Virus record (IMG/VR): IMGVR_UViG_3300050821_002957
Coordinates: 207,192 to 271,191 of that record
DNA length: 64,000 nucleotides
Strand: one strand, 5' to 3'
Source of the DNA: a virus
Part shown: in pieces, positions 1 through 9,030 of the stretch
How positions within the stretch are numbered: position 1 is the first letter of the stretch
Layout: each line of letters starts with the position of its first letter
The notes under the pieces: generated by a model
The model's input: the letters and a program-made list of their open reading frames with translations, nothing else
The model's database searches: none
Told to the model about the DNA's origin: nothing
Position numbers and translations under genes: made by a program

Positions 1-104
1 TTTGTAAGCCAGTGCTGCGTTCTGGACGCCGACTGCTCGCACCATGTTGTCTTTGCCCTCAGTGTTCGGAAGAGCCGCCAGTAGCGACAAGGCGTGCATC
101 AGTC

Positions 105-320
105 TCATTTGGTCTTCGCCTCCTTGATTCTTCTCATGCGCTCGATGTACCACAGTGTGCTGGCTTCTCGCTTGATTCGCTTCTTGCAATGCACACAGGT
201 CACCGCATCTTTATCGTTGGTCTTCTCACCTTCGTCCCGTCCACAATAGGCGAACGTCTTGCCTTCAGGATTCGTGATCTCGATGCCGTGGATTTTCATG
301 CCTTCGCCTTTAATGGACAA
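105..320 (-). CDS. small Zn-ribbon protein (CxxC...CxxC), hypothetical
   Basis: 71-aa ORF with two Cys pairs; last gene of a minus-strand block 1134->105 with overlapping stops/starts. Confidence 0.4.
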   Translation of the reverse strand: MSIKGEGMKIHGIEITNPEGKTFAYCGRDEGEKTNDKDAVTCVHCKKRIKREASTLWYIERMRRIKEAKTK

Positions 321-718
321 ATTTCCTTCGCATGGGACAAGCGAAACTCATCGTAGTAATCGCCGATGTAACGCAAACCACAGTTACACATATACGAATG
401 TGTTGGATGCCAACAGCCATAAGGAATTAGATTTCCAAACTGATCGAACTTTTGGTAACTGTGACCGAAAAATTCTTGAGTCGCTGCTTCCTTGCACTTT
501 TCTCCTGATATGCTTGTTTCTGAACAGCGAGGAAGATGTGGTTGTTTGGTAGCTGGGCGGCGGTTATCATACAGATGAGGAAAAATTTTGGTCAGTGGCT
601 TTGTCGAGGCTTCCGGCAATGTTGGTGTCGGCAATGTTGGTGTCATTTGCTGTTGCAGCTTTATCAACAACATTTCGAGATCGGCAAGATCAAATCCGAT
701 TTCCTCCAATTTTGTCAT
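296..718 (-). CDS. hypothetical protein
   Basis: 140-aa ORF, 4-nt overlap with upstream gene, Cys/His-rich C-terminus. Confidence 0.35.
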   Translation of the reverse strand: MTKLEEIGFDLADLEMLLIKLQQQMTPTLPTPTLPEASTKPLTKIFPHLYDNRRPATKQPHLPRCSETSISGEKCKEAATQEFFGHSYQKFDQFGNLIPYGCWHPTHSYMCNCGLRYIGDYYDEFRLSHAKEICPLKAKA

Positions 719-1134
719 GCTGCTGCTACTTTCTGCGCCATTGCTACCGGAACTGCGGTCAGGCGGCGCTCGTATTCATTCAGTTCTGCTCGAAGAAAAA
801 GCTGGTCGTCACTCTGACCATTGAAAGTTGAACGGACCCGAGGAACCGGCTGTTGTGCGATTCCGAGTTTTTTGCAAGCGATATCGACATGCTCTTTGAC
901 GGTCGCATAAGCTGCCGGATCAAAAGGTTTTCCGGCTCGCAGCGACTTTTCTTTCAGGGACGTAAATACTTTGTACTGATCAAGATACCATACAATCTGG
1001 GCCTTGTCCATACCTTTGAAGGCCGATCCACCACAAACCCAGCAGGTCATGTCGATTGGACGGCTGACACCTTCTCCGTCGATGCAAACCGTTCCGGTCC
1101 CTTTGCATCCCTTACAGGTGGGTGTCTTCTTCAT
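715..1134 (-). CDS. hypothetical Zn-finger protein (CKGCKG...CWVCGG)
   Basis: 139-aa ORF, ATG at 1132-1134, ATGA overlap with next gene. Confidence 0.45.
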   Translation of the reverse strand: MKKTPTCKGCKGTGTVCIDGEGVSRPIDMTCWVCGGSAFKGMDKAQIVWYLDQYKVFTSLKEKSLRAGKPFDPAAYATVKEHVDIACKKLGIAQQPVPRVRSTFNGQSDDQLFLRAELNEYERRLTAVPVAMAQKVAAA

Positions 1135-1171
1135 GCTCTAAGAATAGCAAATTGAAATACCCATGTCAATA

Positions 1172-1215
1172 GATACATCTAAAAATTTTGACATTTTTCT
1201 AAGGTCTGGTAAGCT
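1172..1215 (+). promoter_or_regulatory. sigma70-type promoter: GATACATCT motif, -35 TTGACA (1188-1193), extended -10 TGgTAAGCT
   Basis: read directly; 18-nt leader with GAGGAA SD before ATG 1234. Confidence 0.4.
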
Positions 1216-1233
1216 AAGTGAAGCGAGGAATCC

Positions 1234-1692
1234 ATGAAAAAGTCACCGCCGAGTGCATTCGTAGAATTGATTGAAACCCAGAAGGCCGAAGCCGAAAAGG
1301 ACAGGATCAAATGGGAGCACATCCATAGAGAAGAAGACGCTGAAGAAGCCACCTTGTACAAGAAATTCAAAAAGGCACTCCAAGAATACGATGGCGTGAC
1401 GATTGACAAACACGATCTGTCCATAAAAACAATCCCGGAGAAAAATACTGTTCAACTATTCATAGACAAACAATTGTGGATGTCATTCAGAGTCAAGCGA
1501 CATTTTGGAAGTTGTTCGTGTGAAAATGTCTGTGACTGTCCTCGTTCGACTTGGATATCGCTTGAGTCAATTCAACATCGAAAGGCTGGTGAATATGGAG
1601 CGTATTTTTCATGTGGCGAATTTAGCGATGATAAGGCTTTCGCTCATGCAATCAAACAAGTCATGATTGATTATAGTTACGAGCACAGATGA
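1234..1692 (+). CDS. hypothetical protein (Cys-rich C-terminal part)
   Basis: 152-aa ORF with SD; ATGA overlap with coaE. Confidence 0.5.
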   Translation: MKKSPPSAFVELIETQKAEAEKDRIKWEHIHREEDAEEATLYKKFKKALQEYDGVTIDKHDLSIKTIPEKNTVQLFIDKQLWMSFRVKRHFGSCSCENVCDCPRSTWISLESIQHRKAGEYGAYFSCGEFSDDKAFAHAIKQVMIDYSYEHR

Positions 1693-2297
1693 TAGTCGGA
1701 CTTACAGGCGGCATCGGCACCGGCAAGTCAACAGTTGGACGAATGTTCCGTGACCTTGGTGCAACTCTCGTCTCTGCTGACGATTTAGGCCATCAGGCAA
1801 TGCATTCGACTGGCGCTGCTTATCAAGCCATCATTGACCGATTTGCTGATTCCATTCCCGCACTAATCAAACCAGACGGCGAGATTGACCGGCGTGTACT
1901 CGGTTATCACGTCTATTTGAATCCAAGTGAACTGATCGATCTAGAGAAAATTGTACACCCAGCGGTCGAGAAGTTGTTTTTGGATTTCGTCAAGAAACTC
2001 GATTATGATAACACATTGATCGTATATGAGTGTGCCATCCTTTTTGAGCACTGTATCGATCTTCGGCTGAATCCACCTATGGCTTGTACGATTGCAACAT
2101 GGTGCCCGGAAGAAACTCAAATAACTCGGATCATGCAACGAGATAACCTGGACCGATCAGAAGTACTTCAACGAATAGAAAAACAAATGCCAGCCGATGT
2201 TAAACGTGATTTGGCAGACTTCACGATTGACACGAGCACTGACGTAATGGATCAAGTTGCAAACATTTTATTGACAATTATCCAGACCAGCAAATAA
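1689..2297 (+). CDS. coaE: dephospho-CoA kinase
   Basis: N-terminal P-loop GLTGGIGTGKST followed by VSADDLGH, typical CoaE; colinear with E. coli CoaE over about 190 aa. Confidence 0.85.
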   Translation: MIVGLTGGIGTGKSTVGRMFRDLGATLVSADDLGHQAMHSTGAAYQAIIDRFADSIPALIKPDGEIDRRVLGYHVYLNPSELIDLEKIVHPAVEKLFLDFVKKLDYDNTLIVYECAILFEHCIDLRLNPPMACTIATWCPEETQITRIMQRDNLDRSEVLQRIEKQMPADVKRDLADFTIDTSTDVMDQVANILLTIIQTSK

Positions 2298-2528
2298 GGA
2301 AGGCGGCACCACTTGATTTGGTACTGAACGAACTTGACTGAGATGTTCAATTAGCTCGACCGCATTCTTTACAGCCTTGCCAGCCGCTACGTTCTGGCCC
2401 ATATGCATTGCCGAATGAAACGCATTTTCAAACGTTGCCATGACGAGCTTCTGTTGCTCTTCTGACAATGCCTTGTACTTCGGAGATGCAACGAAGTCAA
2501 GTGTCTCATTATAGCGATCTAAGTCCAT
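2268..2528 (-). CDS. hypothetical protein; CTAAATAC box 7 nt upstream of ATG
   Basis: 86-aa ORF; RC motif gtatttag at 2536-2543. Confidence 0.4.
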   Translation of the reverse strand: MDLDRYNETLDFVASPKYKALSEEQQKLVMATFENAFHSAMHMGQNVAAGKAVKNAVELIEHLSQVRSVPNQVVPPSLFAGLDNCQ

Positions 2529-2539
2529 AGTGAGAGTAT

Positions 2540-2830
2540 TTAGATTTCAGCGTAGGCTTTCGCAAACATTATTTCATTGGGTTTGTATCGAAATCTGGTT
2601 GCAGAGCGAGCCATTGCTTCCGACTTGTAGACCTTCGCCCCAGCAGTATAGGCTCCAGAGGTCGCCTTGTTATTTTTAAGGACAATGGCGACATAGCCCA
2701 GTTCAAGTCGTTTTGTTTTTTCTACTGGTGTCGGCGGGGCCGGTGGAATTGCCTCTAATTCTTGTGCCGAAATTTTCAAAATTGCATTGAGACCGAGTGG
2801 GTCCTCTGGATCGATTTTTTTCTTTTTCAT
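2540..2830 (-). CDS. hypothetical protein
   Basis: 96-aa ORF starting MKKKK, in operon. Confidence 0.4.
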   Translation of the reverse strand: MKKKKIDPEDPLGLNAILKISAQELEAIPPAPPTPVEKTKRLELGYVAIVLKNNKATSGAYTAGAKVYKSEAMARSATRFRYKPNEIMFAKAYAEI

Positions 2831-3042
2831 TCAGTCCACTTATTTTCTATTGCTTCTTCTACCAATGCCTTGGATGTCGATCCCCATACTTTGGTCGGCA
2901 ATAATTGACATGCTCGACGAATCCAGTCCAACAACCTGACATTTTCTTGTTGCAGCATCGCCATATCAGCAGGTAACTCATCAAGTTCGATTGCTACCTG
3001 TTCAAAAATCAAATTGCGGAGATCGAAGGGATCATCTATCAT
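2827..3042 (-). CDS. hypothetical protein
   Basis: 71-aa ORF, ATGA overlaps both neighbours. Confidence 0.35.
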   Translation of the reverse strand: MIDDPFDLRNLIFEQVAIELDELPADMAMLQQENVRLLDWIRRACQLLPTKVWGSTSKALVEEAIENKWTE

Positions 3043-3518
3043 TTACAAATAAAATTTTCCTTGATATGACTCACTGCTTTAGTCAGAGACGTGAATTGTT
3101 TGATGCCATAACGGTTACAGACAATATCGACATTTCCTTTACGCCAGAAGCCAGAAGGACATACTACATGCAGTTTGTCAGTACCAGCATATAGACCAAG
3201 TTCAAGAAGGCTGATCGGACTTTTCGTCGCCGGATCAAAGTACATAATGATTGCATCGGCAGCTTCAAGAGCATCCAATTCCCATTCGACTTGCTGACGA
3301 AATTGCCTACTTGATGCCACGTTCCGCCAATCAGAATTCCATTGTTCACGTCGTGGATTGAGCAAGATCACATCGTACTTTTTAAACATTGACACGACAT
3401 GCTTCTGCCACGGCTTTGCTCTATTCTGTTCGATGGAGCCGCCCAGAAAAATACGAAATCCGTCTGAAGGGTAGCTGTTTGGTGCTTTGAATTCTTGGGC
3501 CACAACTGAAGATAACAC
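3039..3518 (-). CDS. nucleoside 2-deoxyribosyltransferase / DNPH1(Rcl)-like protein
   Basis: IFLGGSIE...LLNPRRE...ADAIIMYFDPATKSPISLLELGLYAG matches CGSIRGG...SLGVGYELG pattern of the NDT/DNPH1 fold. Confidence 0.55.
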   Translation of the reverse strand: MLSSVVAQEFKAPNSYPSDGFRIFLGGSIEQNRAKPWQKHVVSMFKKYDVILLNPRREQWNSDWRNVASSRQFRQQVEWELDALEAADAIIMYFDPATKSPISLLELGLYAGTDKLHVVCPSGFWRKGNVDIVCNRYGIKQFTSLTKAVSHIKENFICK

Positions 3519-3596
3519 GCATGTTGAGACCTGTCAAACTTGGAAATTTGACAACTCTTAAATTCGTGCGATGATGACTCCACAAGGACAGAAACA

Positions 3597-4268
3597 TTGG
3601 AACCCTCAACAGCAACAGCACCTATGAACACACGAGAAGAGTATTTATTGGCAGCGGTCGAAAAGCTCAGGCCGATCTTCGTCAAGGCAAAATTAGAAAT
3701 CCAACCGATCAAAGTATCGTGTGGACTCCCATCAAAGAAAAAGGCGCTCGGCGAATGTTGGAGTAGTGAATGCACCTTCGACGGCACCCGGCATATTTTT
3801 GTCACACCAGAACATCCTGACGCTGTGAGTACGCTTGGAACATTGGCACACGAACTCGTTCATGCATGTCTGCCGGATGATGCTAAACATGGTCCAAAAT
3901 TCAAAGACGCCATGAAGCTCATCGGTCTCGAAGGCAAAGCGATTCATGCAGGTCCAGGACCAGAACTGCAACTCATCATCGAAAAGATCGTCGAAGAATT
4001 GGGCGATTATCCGAATCCGACATTGAAGCCCAAACCAAAGTCGAAAAAAGAACGTGCCGAAGGAAAGAAGACATTCAAACTTTTCTGCCCACGAAAGCGC
4101 AACGGTGATAAATCTTGTCTGCTTACGGAAAAGACGAACGGCGGCGACTACAGTGTAACCGTAAGTCGTAAGATGCTTAAGATGGCATTTCCGATTTGTG
4201 TCTGCGGCGCTGAAATGGAAATGGAAACGGAAGATTATGAACTCTACAAGCTCGGAGAAGCCGCCTGA
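3597..4268 (+). CDS. SprT-like Zn metalloprotease (HExxH) with C-terminal Zn ribbon
   Basis: LAHELVHA motif followed by HGPKF; N-terminal YLL..VEKLRP..F...SCG pattern of SprT-like domain; probable true start at 3624. Confidence 0.5.
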   Translation: MEPSTATAPMNTREEYLLAAVEKLRPIFVKAKLEIQPIKVSCGLPSKKKALGECWSSECTFDGTRHIFVTPEHPDAVSTLGTLAHELVHACLPDDAKHGPKFKDAMKLIGLEGKAIHAGPGPELQLIIEKIVEELGDYPNPTLKPKPKSKKERAEGKKTFKLFCPRKRNGDKSCLLTEKTNGGDYSVTVSRKMLKMAFPICVCGAEMEMETEDYELYKLGEAA

Positions 4269-4743
4269 TTATTTGGGTGGTATACTTTCCTCTCTACGGG
4301 AAAAAATAGCACAAAATCTTTTGGATGAAATGAGTCAGTTATTGTTCAAGATTCATCATCCTGATTCTGGCAGGGTCATTGAATCTGTTGTCCAAATGTT
4401 GTCGGATAACAAGTTGACCATCCTGGCGGCGTTGTGTACAAATAGTCAGGACAGCGAAAGCATCCAAGTTATCGCCACGACCATAATAATGCGACTGGCG
4501 TCAAAACAAAACATTGAGATCACCAGTACCGAGATGTTTGTCGATGCTACGAACAATTTTTTGCTGTTAGTAAATTTCGAGAACCTTCGGCGCAGAGGAT
4601 ATTTGGAATACCTCTGGCAGCGAGACATGTTCTCTACAGCAGAAGATCCAATGGCATTTAACAAGATCACTCCAGAAGGCGCAGTGTACACTCAACAAGA
4701 ATTTCTGAAGCGGTACGAAGGGACGGGTAAAACGGTTCAGTAA
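4198..4743 (+). CDS. hypothetical protein (start uncertain, overlaps previous)
   Basis: 181-aa ORF, frame differs from 3597-4268. Confidence 0.3.
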   Translation: MSAALKWKWKRKIMNSTSSEKPPDYLGGILSSLREKIAQNLLDEMSQLLFKIHHPDSGRVIESVVQMLSDNKLTILAALCTNSQDSESIQVIATTIIMRLASKQNIEITSTEMFVDATNNFLLLVNFENLRRRGYLEYLWQRDMFSTAEDPMAFNKITPEGAVYTQQEFLKRYEGTGKTVQ

Positions 4744-5169
4744 ATGGCAGCAATCACGCATTATCATGGGTGTCCTAGATTTTGGCACGCCCCACCAAAC
4801 AACTTGGCGTGTATCTGCTCGGACATTAGTCGTAAACTGGACGGAGTGATCTATGACACTTTCATCGATCCAATTTATAACAAATACCATAGCTTCCATC
4901 CAGACGTGGCCTATGAGCGAGAACCGGAACCGAATGCAGTGGACCAGTTGCCTGTTATAATGAAAGCCATGATCGACCCAGAAGAAGTGATTCGTGTCTG
5001 TGCTCAGGAAGCCAAAGAGGATTTTCATCAGTCTGCGGTTGAACAACTTTTGCAAAAATTTAATGGATCAGAACCAGATTTTGGTAACCGGGCTGCGGAA
5101 CTAGCTGAAGAGTTGCGACGAGTACAAAAAGAAAAAGATACTCTTACATTTTGGTCCTGCGCCGGTTAA
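4744..5169 (+). CDS. hypothetical protein
   Basis: 141-aa ORF immediately after previous stop. Confidence 0.4.
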   Translation: MAAITHYHGCPRFWHAPPNNLACICSDISRKLDGVIYDTFIDPIYNKYHSFHPDVAYEREPEPNAVDQLPVIMKAMIDPEEVIRVCAQEAKEDFHQSAVEQLLQKFNGSEPDFGNRAAELAEELRRVQKEKDTLTFWSCAG

Positions 5170-5319
5170 GGTTCCTATTGATAAGATTCCTATTGATCAT
5201 GTGCCTGTCAAAATACCACAACGAAAAGCACGTCCGATCCGAGATGAATCTGTTTATGAAAATGCAAGACGACTTGGTATCGAAGATATCGTCGATGATC
5301 TATTGGACAATTTATTCAA

Positions 5320-5619
5320 ATGATTGGAACATGTGACCTCTGTAAACGAAGAGAAGTCGATGTCACCCGACACCATCTGATTCCTCGAACGACACACAAA
5401 AACAAAAAGACCAAAAAAGAAACCAAATTTGAAGATCGCATCAAAACGGTTCCTCTCTGCCGACCGTGCCATAATCAGATCCACCACATCTTTACAGAAA
5501 AGGAACTGGAACGACAATGGAACACGGTCGAGCATTTGTTGACCCATCCAGAAGTCATCAAATTTGTAACATGGATTTCCAAACGTGCGGTCGGAGCACG
5601 TCTAAAAGTTAGAGCTTAA
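5320..5619 (+). CDS. HNH endonuclease
   Basis: CDLC...RHHLIPR...N...LCRPCHNQIHH: canonical HNH motif with two Cys pairs. Confidence 0.75.
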   Translation: MIGTCDLCKRREVDVTRHHLIPRTTHKNKKTKKETKFEDRIKTVPLCRPCHNQIHHIFTEKELERQWNTVEHLLTHPEVIKFVTWISKRAVGARLKVRA

Positions 5620-5637
5620 AAATTGAATGAGAGTAAA

Positions 5638-5817
5638 TTACCGTCTCAAGAGATTTTCTGTATGTTTCAAAAACATCTCGTGCGACTGCATCAGAGCATA
5701 CAAGGCAAGCTGATCACGTTCGTCGGGAGTTGCTTCGAGCTTCATGAAGAGGCTCGGAATGATTACGAGTGTTTGGTAGGCTCCCAACACTGTGCAGGAC
5801 GTTCCGTCAAGTTTCAT
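5638..5817 (-). CDS. small protein, paralog A of tandem pair
   Basis: 59-aa ORF MKLDGTSCTVLGAYQTLVIIPSLFMKLEATPDERDQLALYALMQSHEMFLKHTENLLRR; not in ORF track (<60 aa). Confidence 0.35.
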   Translation of the reverse strand: MKLDGTSCTVLGAYQTLVIIPSLFMKLEATPDERDQLALYALMQSHEMFLKHTENLLRR

Positions 5818-6180
5818 TTGAGAATCACCCTTTTGTGATTAGTAGTTCTTTGGGTTAAAAGTTCTCGGCCATCCCTTTTTGCTGTTCATCCATACACAGC
5901 AAAGTGAAAGTAACTGTTTTTCACAGTTTTGTGGGTAACTCAAAGAATTTAAAGGATTGTGAGCAATTTTGATCATCTCTGAGACCTTGTGATGTTCTCA
6001 GTGTGGCGCAAAAACATCTGATGGCATTGCATTAGCGCATACAAAGCAAGCTGATTTCGTTCGTCTTCGGTCGCTTCTAGCGTCATAAACAAAGAAGGAA
6101 TGATCACCAAAGTATGGTAAGCATTCCGAATCGTACACAGTTTTCCATCGAGCTTCATTTGGGGAGCCTTTCAAGCCTTC
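5640..6180. repeat. tandem duplication (two ~190-bp copies, about 5640-5830 and 5990-6180)
   Basis: gcatacaaggcaagctgatcacgttcgtc vs gcatacaaagcaagctgatttcgttcgtc and flanking similarity. Confidence 0.6.
5973..6158 (-). CDS. small protein, paralog B of tandem pair
   Basis: 61-aa ORF about 75% identical to paralog A. Confidence 0.4.
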   Translation of the reverse strand: MKLDGKLCTIRNAYHTLVIIPSLFMTLEATEDERNQLALYALMQCHQMFLRHTENITRSQR

Positions 6181-6238
6181 TTTCAAGCCTCTATTAAAGT
6201 GTCCTTAATCACACCACGACCGGCGTGTTTTGTAACGA

Positions 6239-6265
6239 ACGTAATAGTACGTAAACGATACGTAA
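6239..6265. repeat. three ACGTAA iterons spaced 10 and 11 bp
   Basis: acgtaatagtacgtaaacgatacgtaa read directly. Confidence 0.4.
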
Positions 6266-6272
6266 TTTGACC

Positions 6273-6302
6273 CAGAATAAAGCAAGTGTACTAAGGTGTC
6301 AA
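6273..6302 (-). promoter_or_regulatory. minus-strand promoter -35 TTGACA / 17 nt / -10 TATTCT upstream of the iterons and tandem small genes
   Basis: RC of 6273-6302 read directly. Confidence 0.35.
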
Positions 6303-6355
6303 GTTAATTTTTCATAAACATGCAGAAATGTTTTAGGTTACCCAAAAGATAGGAT

Positions 6356-6871
6356 CTAGTGACCATCTGACGACCAATGAGGAGGATCGGATAACAATTT
6401 GATGACACCGAATTTCGCACCGGCTGCATGAAGAGTAATAGGACCGTCGATCAGTGTACCATCGGCCAACGTGATGGATGCGCCTGGATAATGAATGTCC
6501 ATGTCTACAGCAAGACGTTGGGTATGTCGAGAAGTAAGTGCCGGTGGATAGACAATCCCATAGCCCACAGTCATCTGTTTCGCCGCAACAATAGATGCTG
6601 AGAGGTTTCCATGATCCCACTGAATGTTCACGCCTGCCATCACTGGAACAGCACTGGGCGCAATCTGGCTGGCAGCAATCATAGCGGAGTAATGCATCAG
6701 AAAGGCACGCTCTGCTGGTCGATAGGTCGCAGAGATAGTTACTGTAGCACCCGCAGTTTGTAATGCAGAGATGAACGTCTTGCAGTTAGTCTTGAAAGGA
6801 TCGATCAAATCGTCAAGAGAGACGGAGGTAGGAAAAAGTTCGCACCAATTTGGTCCAGATAAAATAGTCAC
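6356..6871 (-). CDS. putative peptidase M15-like cell-wall hydrolase (GTG start)
   Basis: SATYRP, H-x3-LAVDMD and PHWSSD loosely fit SGYR / HxxGxAxD / xWHxD of LAS-family Zn peptidases; weak. Confidence 0.3.
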   Translation of the reverse strand: MTILSGPNWCELFPTSVSLDDLIDPFKTNCKTFISALQTAGATVTISATYRPAERAFLMHYSAMIAASQIAPSAVPVMAGVNIQWDHGNLSASIVAAKQMTVGYGIVYPPALTSRHTQRLAVDMDIHYPGASITLADGTLIDGPITLHAAGAKFGVIKLLSDPPHWSSDGH

Positions 6872-6899
6872 ATCTTTATTTATCTGGACACAATAAGAA

Positions 6900-6922
6900 G
6901 CCCCGACTTTTTAGATCGGGGC
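6900..6922 (-). terminator. GC hairpin (GCCCCGA/TCGGGGC, 9-nt loop) followed on minus strand by ttcttatt
   Basis: between convergent-ordered minus genes; read directly. Confidence 0.35.
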
Positions 6923-6980
6923 TTCGGATACTGACCTTGGAAAGGTCGGGAGAATTACGTCTCCATCGATAGTGAAATAA

Positions 6981-8063
6981 TTACTGCGCTGATGCCGTTT
7001 CTTCGGGAGCAGCTACCGAAACCACCTGATGACCATTCATTGCAGCTTCGCCGATAGCCGTCGCAGTGGATGCCAGATCCTTCTTGGATACGGTTTGCTT
7101 GACGGTTGCGCCGATGAAGGGCTTCCATTTGGTTTTGATCACGTCGGCACGCAACGCATCGAATGCGAGTAACATGGCACGACGAATGAAGATCGGACGA
7201 GTTTTGTCACGCTGGCCGGTTGCGAACGTCTCGACCAATTCCGACCGCAGAGCATCAACAGGATTGCCCTTGGGCAGCGAATTCTCCAACGGATTGAAGA
7301 AGGCTTCCATGAACAACATGCCCTTTTCACGGTCGATGTCGAACATCTTCAGGGCGGCGGCGGCGTAAATCGGAATGCGCTTCGTGCCCAGTTCGTCGTT
7401 CACGCTGCCGTGCGAGCGAAACAGAGTTGCGATGGTTTCGTAGACCGAATCGAAATACTCACGCTTGGTCTTGTACTCGTCGTTGATTTCGAGACGAGAC
7501 ATTGCCTTGTTGATGCTGCCCGGTTTGATGTTCTCTGGGAGCATGTAGTATTCGACCATCTCCCACTTGTGAGTGTCCACGTTTGCAAAATGGGCGAGGT
7601 TGGTCTTGGTGCGCTTTGCAACGCCCATGACGAGAAGATTGTCGATCAGAGCTTCGATGTTATCCACATGAATGCCGGTCAGCACTGTGGTTTCATAGCT
7701 CACTTCTGGATTGATCTCTGCTGCTTTCAGCACTGCGTTGCACCGATGTTGCAAATCGATGCCGTCTGCGGTGTCCGTAAACAACAGAGGTTCTCCAGTG
7801 TTGCGAAAATGTCCATTAAGCATCTGCCGTGCCATCGATTCGACCACCGACCAGTTGATCGGGCGATTCGTGACCTTGGGGTCCTTAAGGTTGAACTTCA
7901 GCAAAAATTCGGCAAGCTGCTTGTTTAGGCACACCGTGAACACTTTCACTTTGCTGTCTTTGCTGGATGCTTCGAGCGTCTTATTGAGAAGTGCCAGGGC
8001 TTTGCCTGACCCTTTCAACGTTTGGATCTGTTGATCGTCAATCGTTTGAAGATTGGTAGTCAT
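6981..8063 (-). CDS. ParB/Srx-fold protein with DGQHR-like motif (DGIDLQHR)
   Basis: 360 aa from ATG 8061-8063 (track ORF extends to GTG at 8192); motif ...EPLLFTDTADGIDLQHR resembles DGQHR/DndB-like ParB domain. Confidence 0.4.
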   Translation of the reverse strand: MTTNLQTIDDQQIQTLKGSGKALALLNKTLEASSKDSKVKVFTVCLNKQLAEFLLKFNLKDPKVTNRPINWSVVESMARQMLNGHFRNTGEPLLFTDTADGIDLQHRCNAVLKAAEINPEVSYETTVLTGIHVDNIEALIDNLLVMGVAKRTKTNLAHFANVDTHKWEMVEYYMLPENIKPGSINKAMSRLEINDEYKTKREYFDSVYETIATLFRSHGSVNDELGTKRIPIYAAAALKMFDIDREKGMLFMEAFFNPLENSLPKGNPVDALRSELVETFATGQRDKTRPIFIRRAMLLAFDALRADVIKTKWKPFIGATVKQTVSKKDLASTATAIGEAAMNGHQVVSVAAPEETASAQ

Positions 8064-8713
8064 AGAAGTCTTTCTTAGTTCTGAATTGAAAACGATTGGC
8101 TCAACACGCCGAGAATTTTTGACGTTTGTCCTTTCGTCTGCCTTCTCTTGTAGCAACGTTGATGCCAAACCTGTCTCACACACGAAAACCACGCTTTTTC
8201 AACATACGAAATTCTGTCTTCGCTGTTGTTTCACTTTTTGGATGCAAAATTTTCTGCAAAAGATGCACGAAACTTTGGTTGTGATGAAAAAACTGCAATT
8301 TTTGTATACCACCAGTGACGACATATGGACACTAGGTGACGGCCATTAGACATCATTGGCGCAGGTAACATATGTTAAATGGCGACACATGACCCATAAA
8401 GTAAAAGGGAGCAAAGTCTATGCGACTCGGCTCCCTGGACTACAAGCATTTGCGAACTATTCAATCAAGTATATAATGAGACCAGTGCTATTGCCTGTTG
8501 GTAATCATCCGCACACCCGGCAACTACCAAGTCCCCGTTGAAGTCGATGCGACGGACGTGAACATTTCTAGTTCTTTCGACCCGGCCCCGAAATGGTCAA
8601 CCGTGAGTTTCAGGTCTAGCACTCAACGTTCGCTCGTCACTAATGGCTGAGTACACTATTAATGTACCACCTGGAGTGATCCTTGTCAAACTTGGTACAT
8701 ACATATTTACGAG

Positions 8714-8743
8714 TTGACAAAGTTACATCTAATATGCTAGGCT
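8714..8743 (+). promoter_or_regulatory. promoter -35 TTGACA / 18 nt / extended -10 TGcTAGGCT; ATG 8 nt downstream (near-leaderless)
   Basis: read directly. Confidence 0.4.
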
Positions 8744-8751
8744 AAATCCGC

Positions 8752-9030
8752 ATGATAAAAGTCACGAAAATCATTGAAACGTGCGGAGCCTGTCCTTCGC
8801 AGTGGAGTGGAAGAACTGACGACGACAAATACCTCTACATTCGTTATCGTTGGGGATTTTTACGGATCGAATTAGAGGGTGATACAATATTTGAAGGTAC
8901 GTTCGGCGACAGCCTTGATGGTGTCATGACCTTTGAAGAGCTTGTCGAGCATACCGCACAAGAAATCGATTTTTCTGAAGCAAAATGGGTCGCCAGCAGA
9001 GAGGAAGTCCATGAATTACACTACTTTTGA
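8752..9030 (+). CDS. hypothetical protein
   Basis: 92-aa ORF first in long plus-strand block. Confidence 0.45.
   Translation: MIKVTKIIETCGACPSQWSGRTDDDKYLYIRYRWGFLRIELEGDTIFEGTFGDSLDGVMTFEELVEHTAQEIDFSEAKWVASREEVHELHYF

Noticed and set aside
12-831. Plus-strand ORFs 12-356, 259-552, 536-817, 588-824, 595-831
   Set aside because: They extensively overlap the better-supported minus-strand operon 1134->105 and have low-complexity Cys/Arg-rich translations typical of antisense frames.
6356-6871. Confident endolysin call for 6356-6871
   Set aside because: The match to M15 Zn-peptidase motifs is loose. There is no adjacent holin or other lysis-cassette context, so it is kept at low confidence.
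8540-8660. Second tRNA or structured RNA in the 8.2-8.75 kb intergenic region
   Set aside because: There are hairpins (for example GGGAGC...GCTCCC at ~8410-8445), but no acceptor/T-arm cloverleaf could be folded. Possibly a small leader peptide or attenuator instead.
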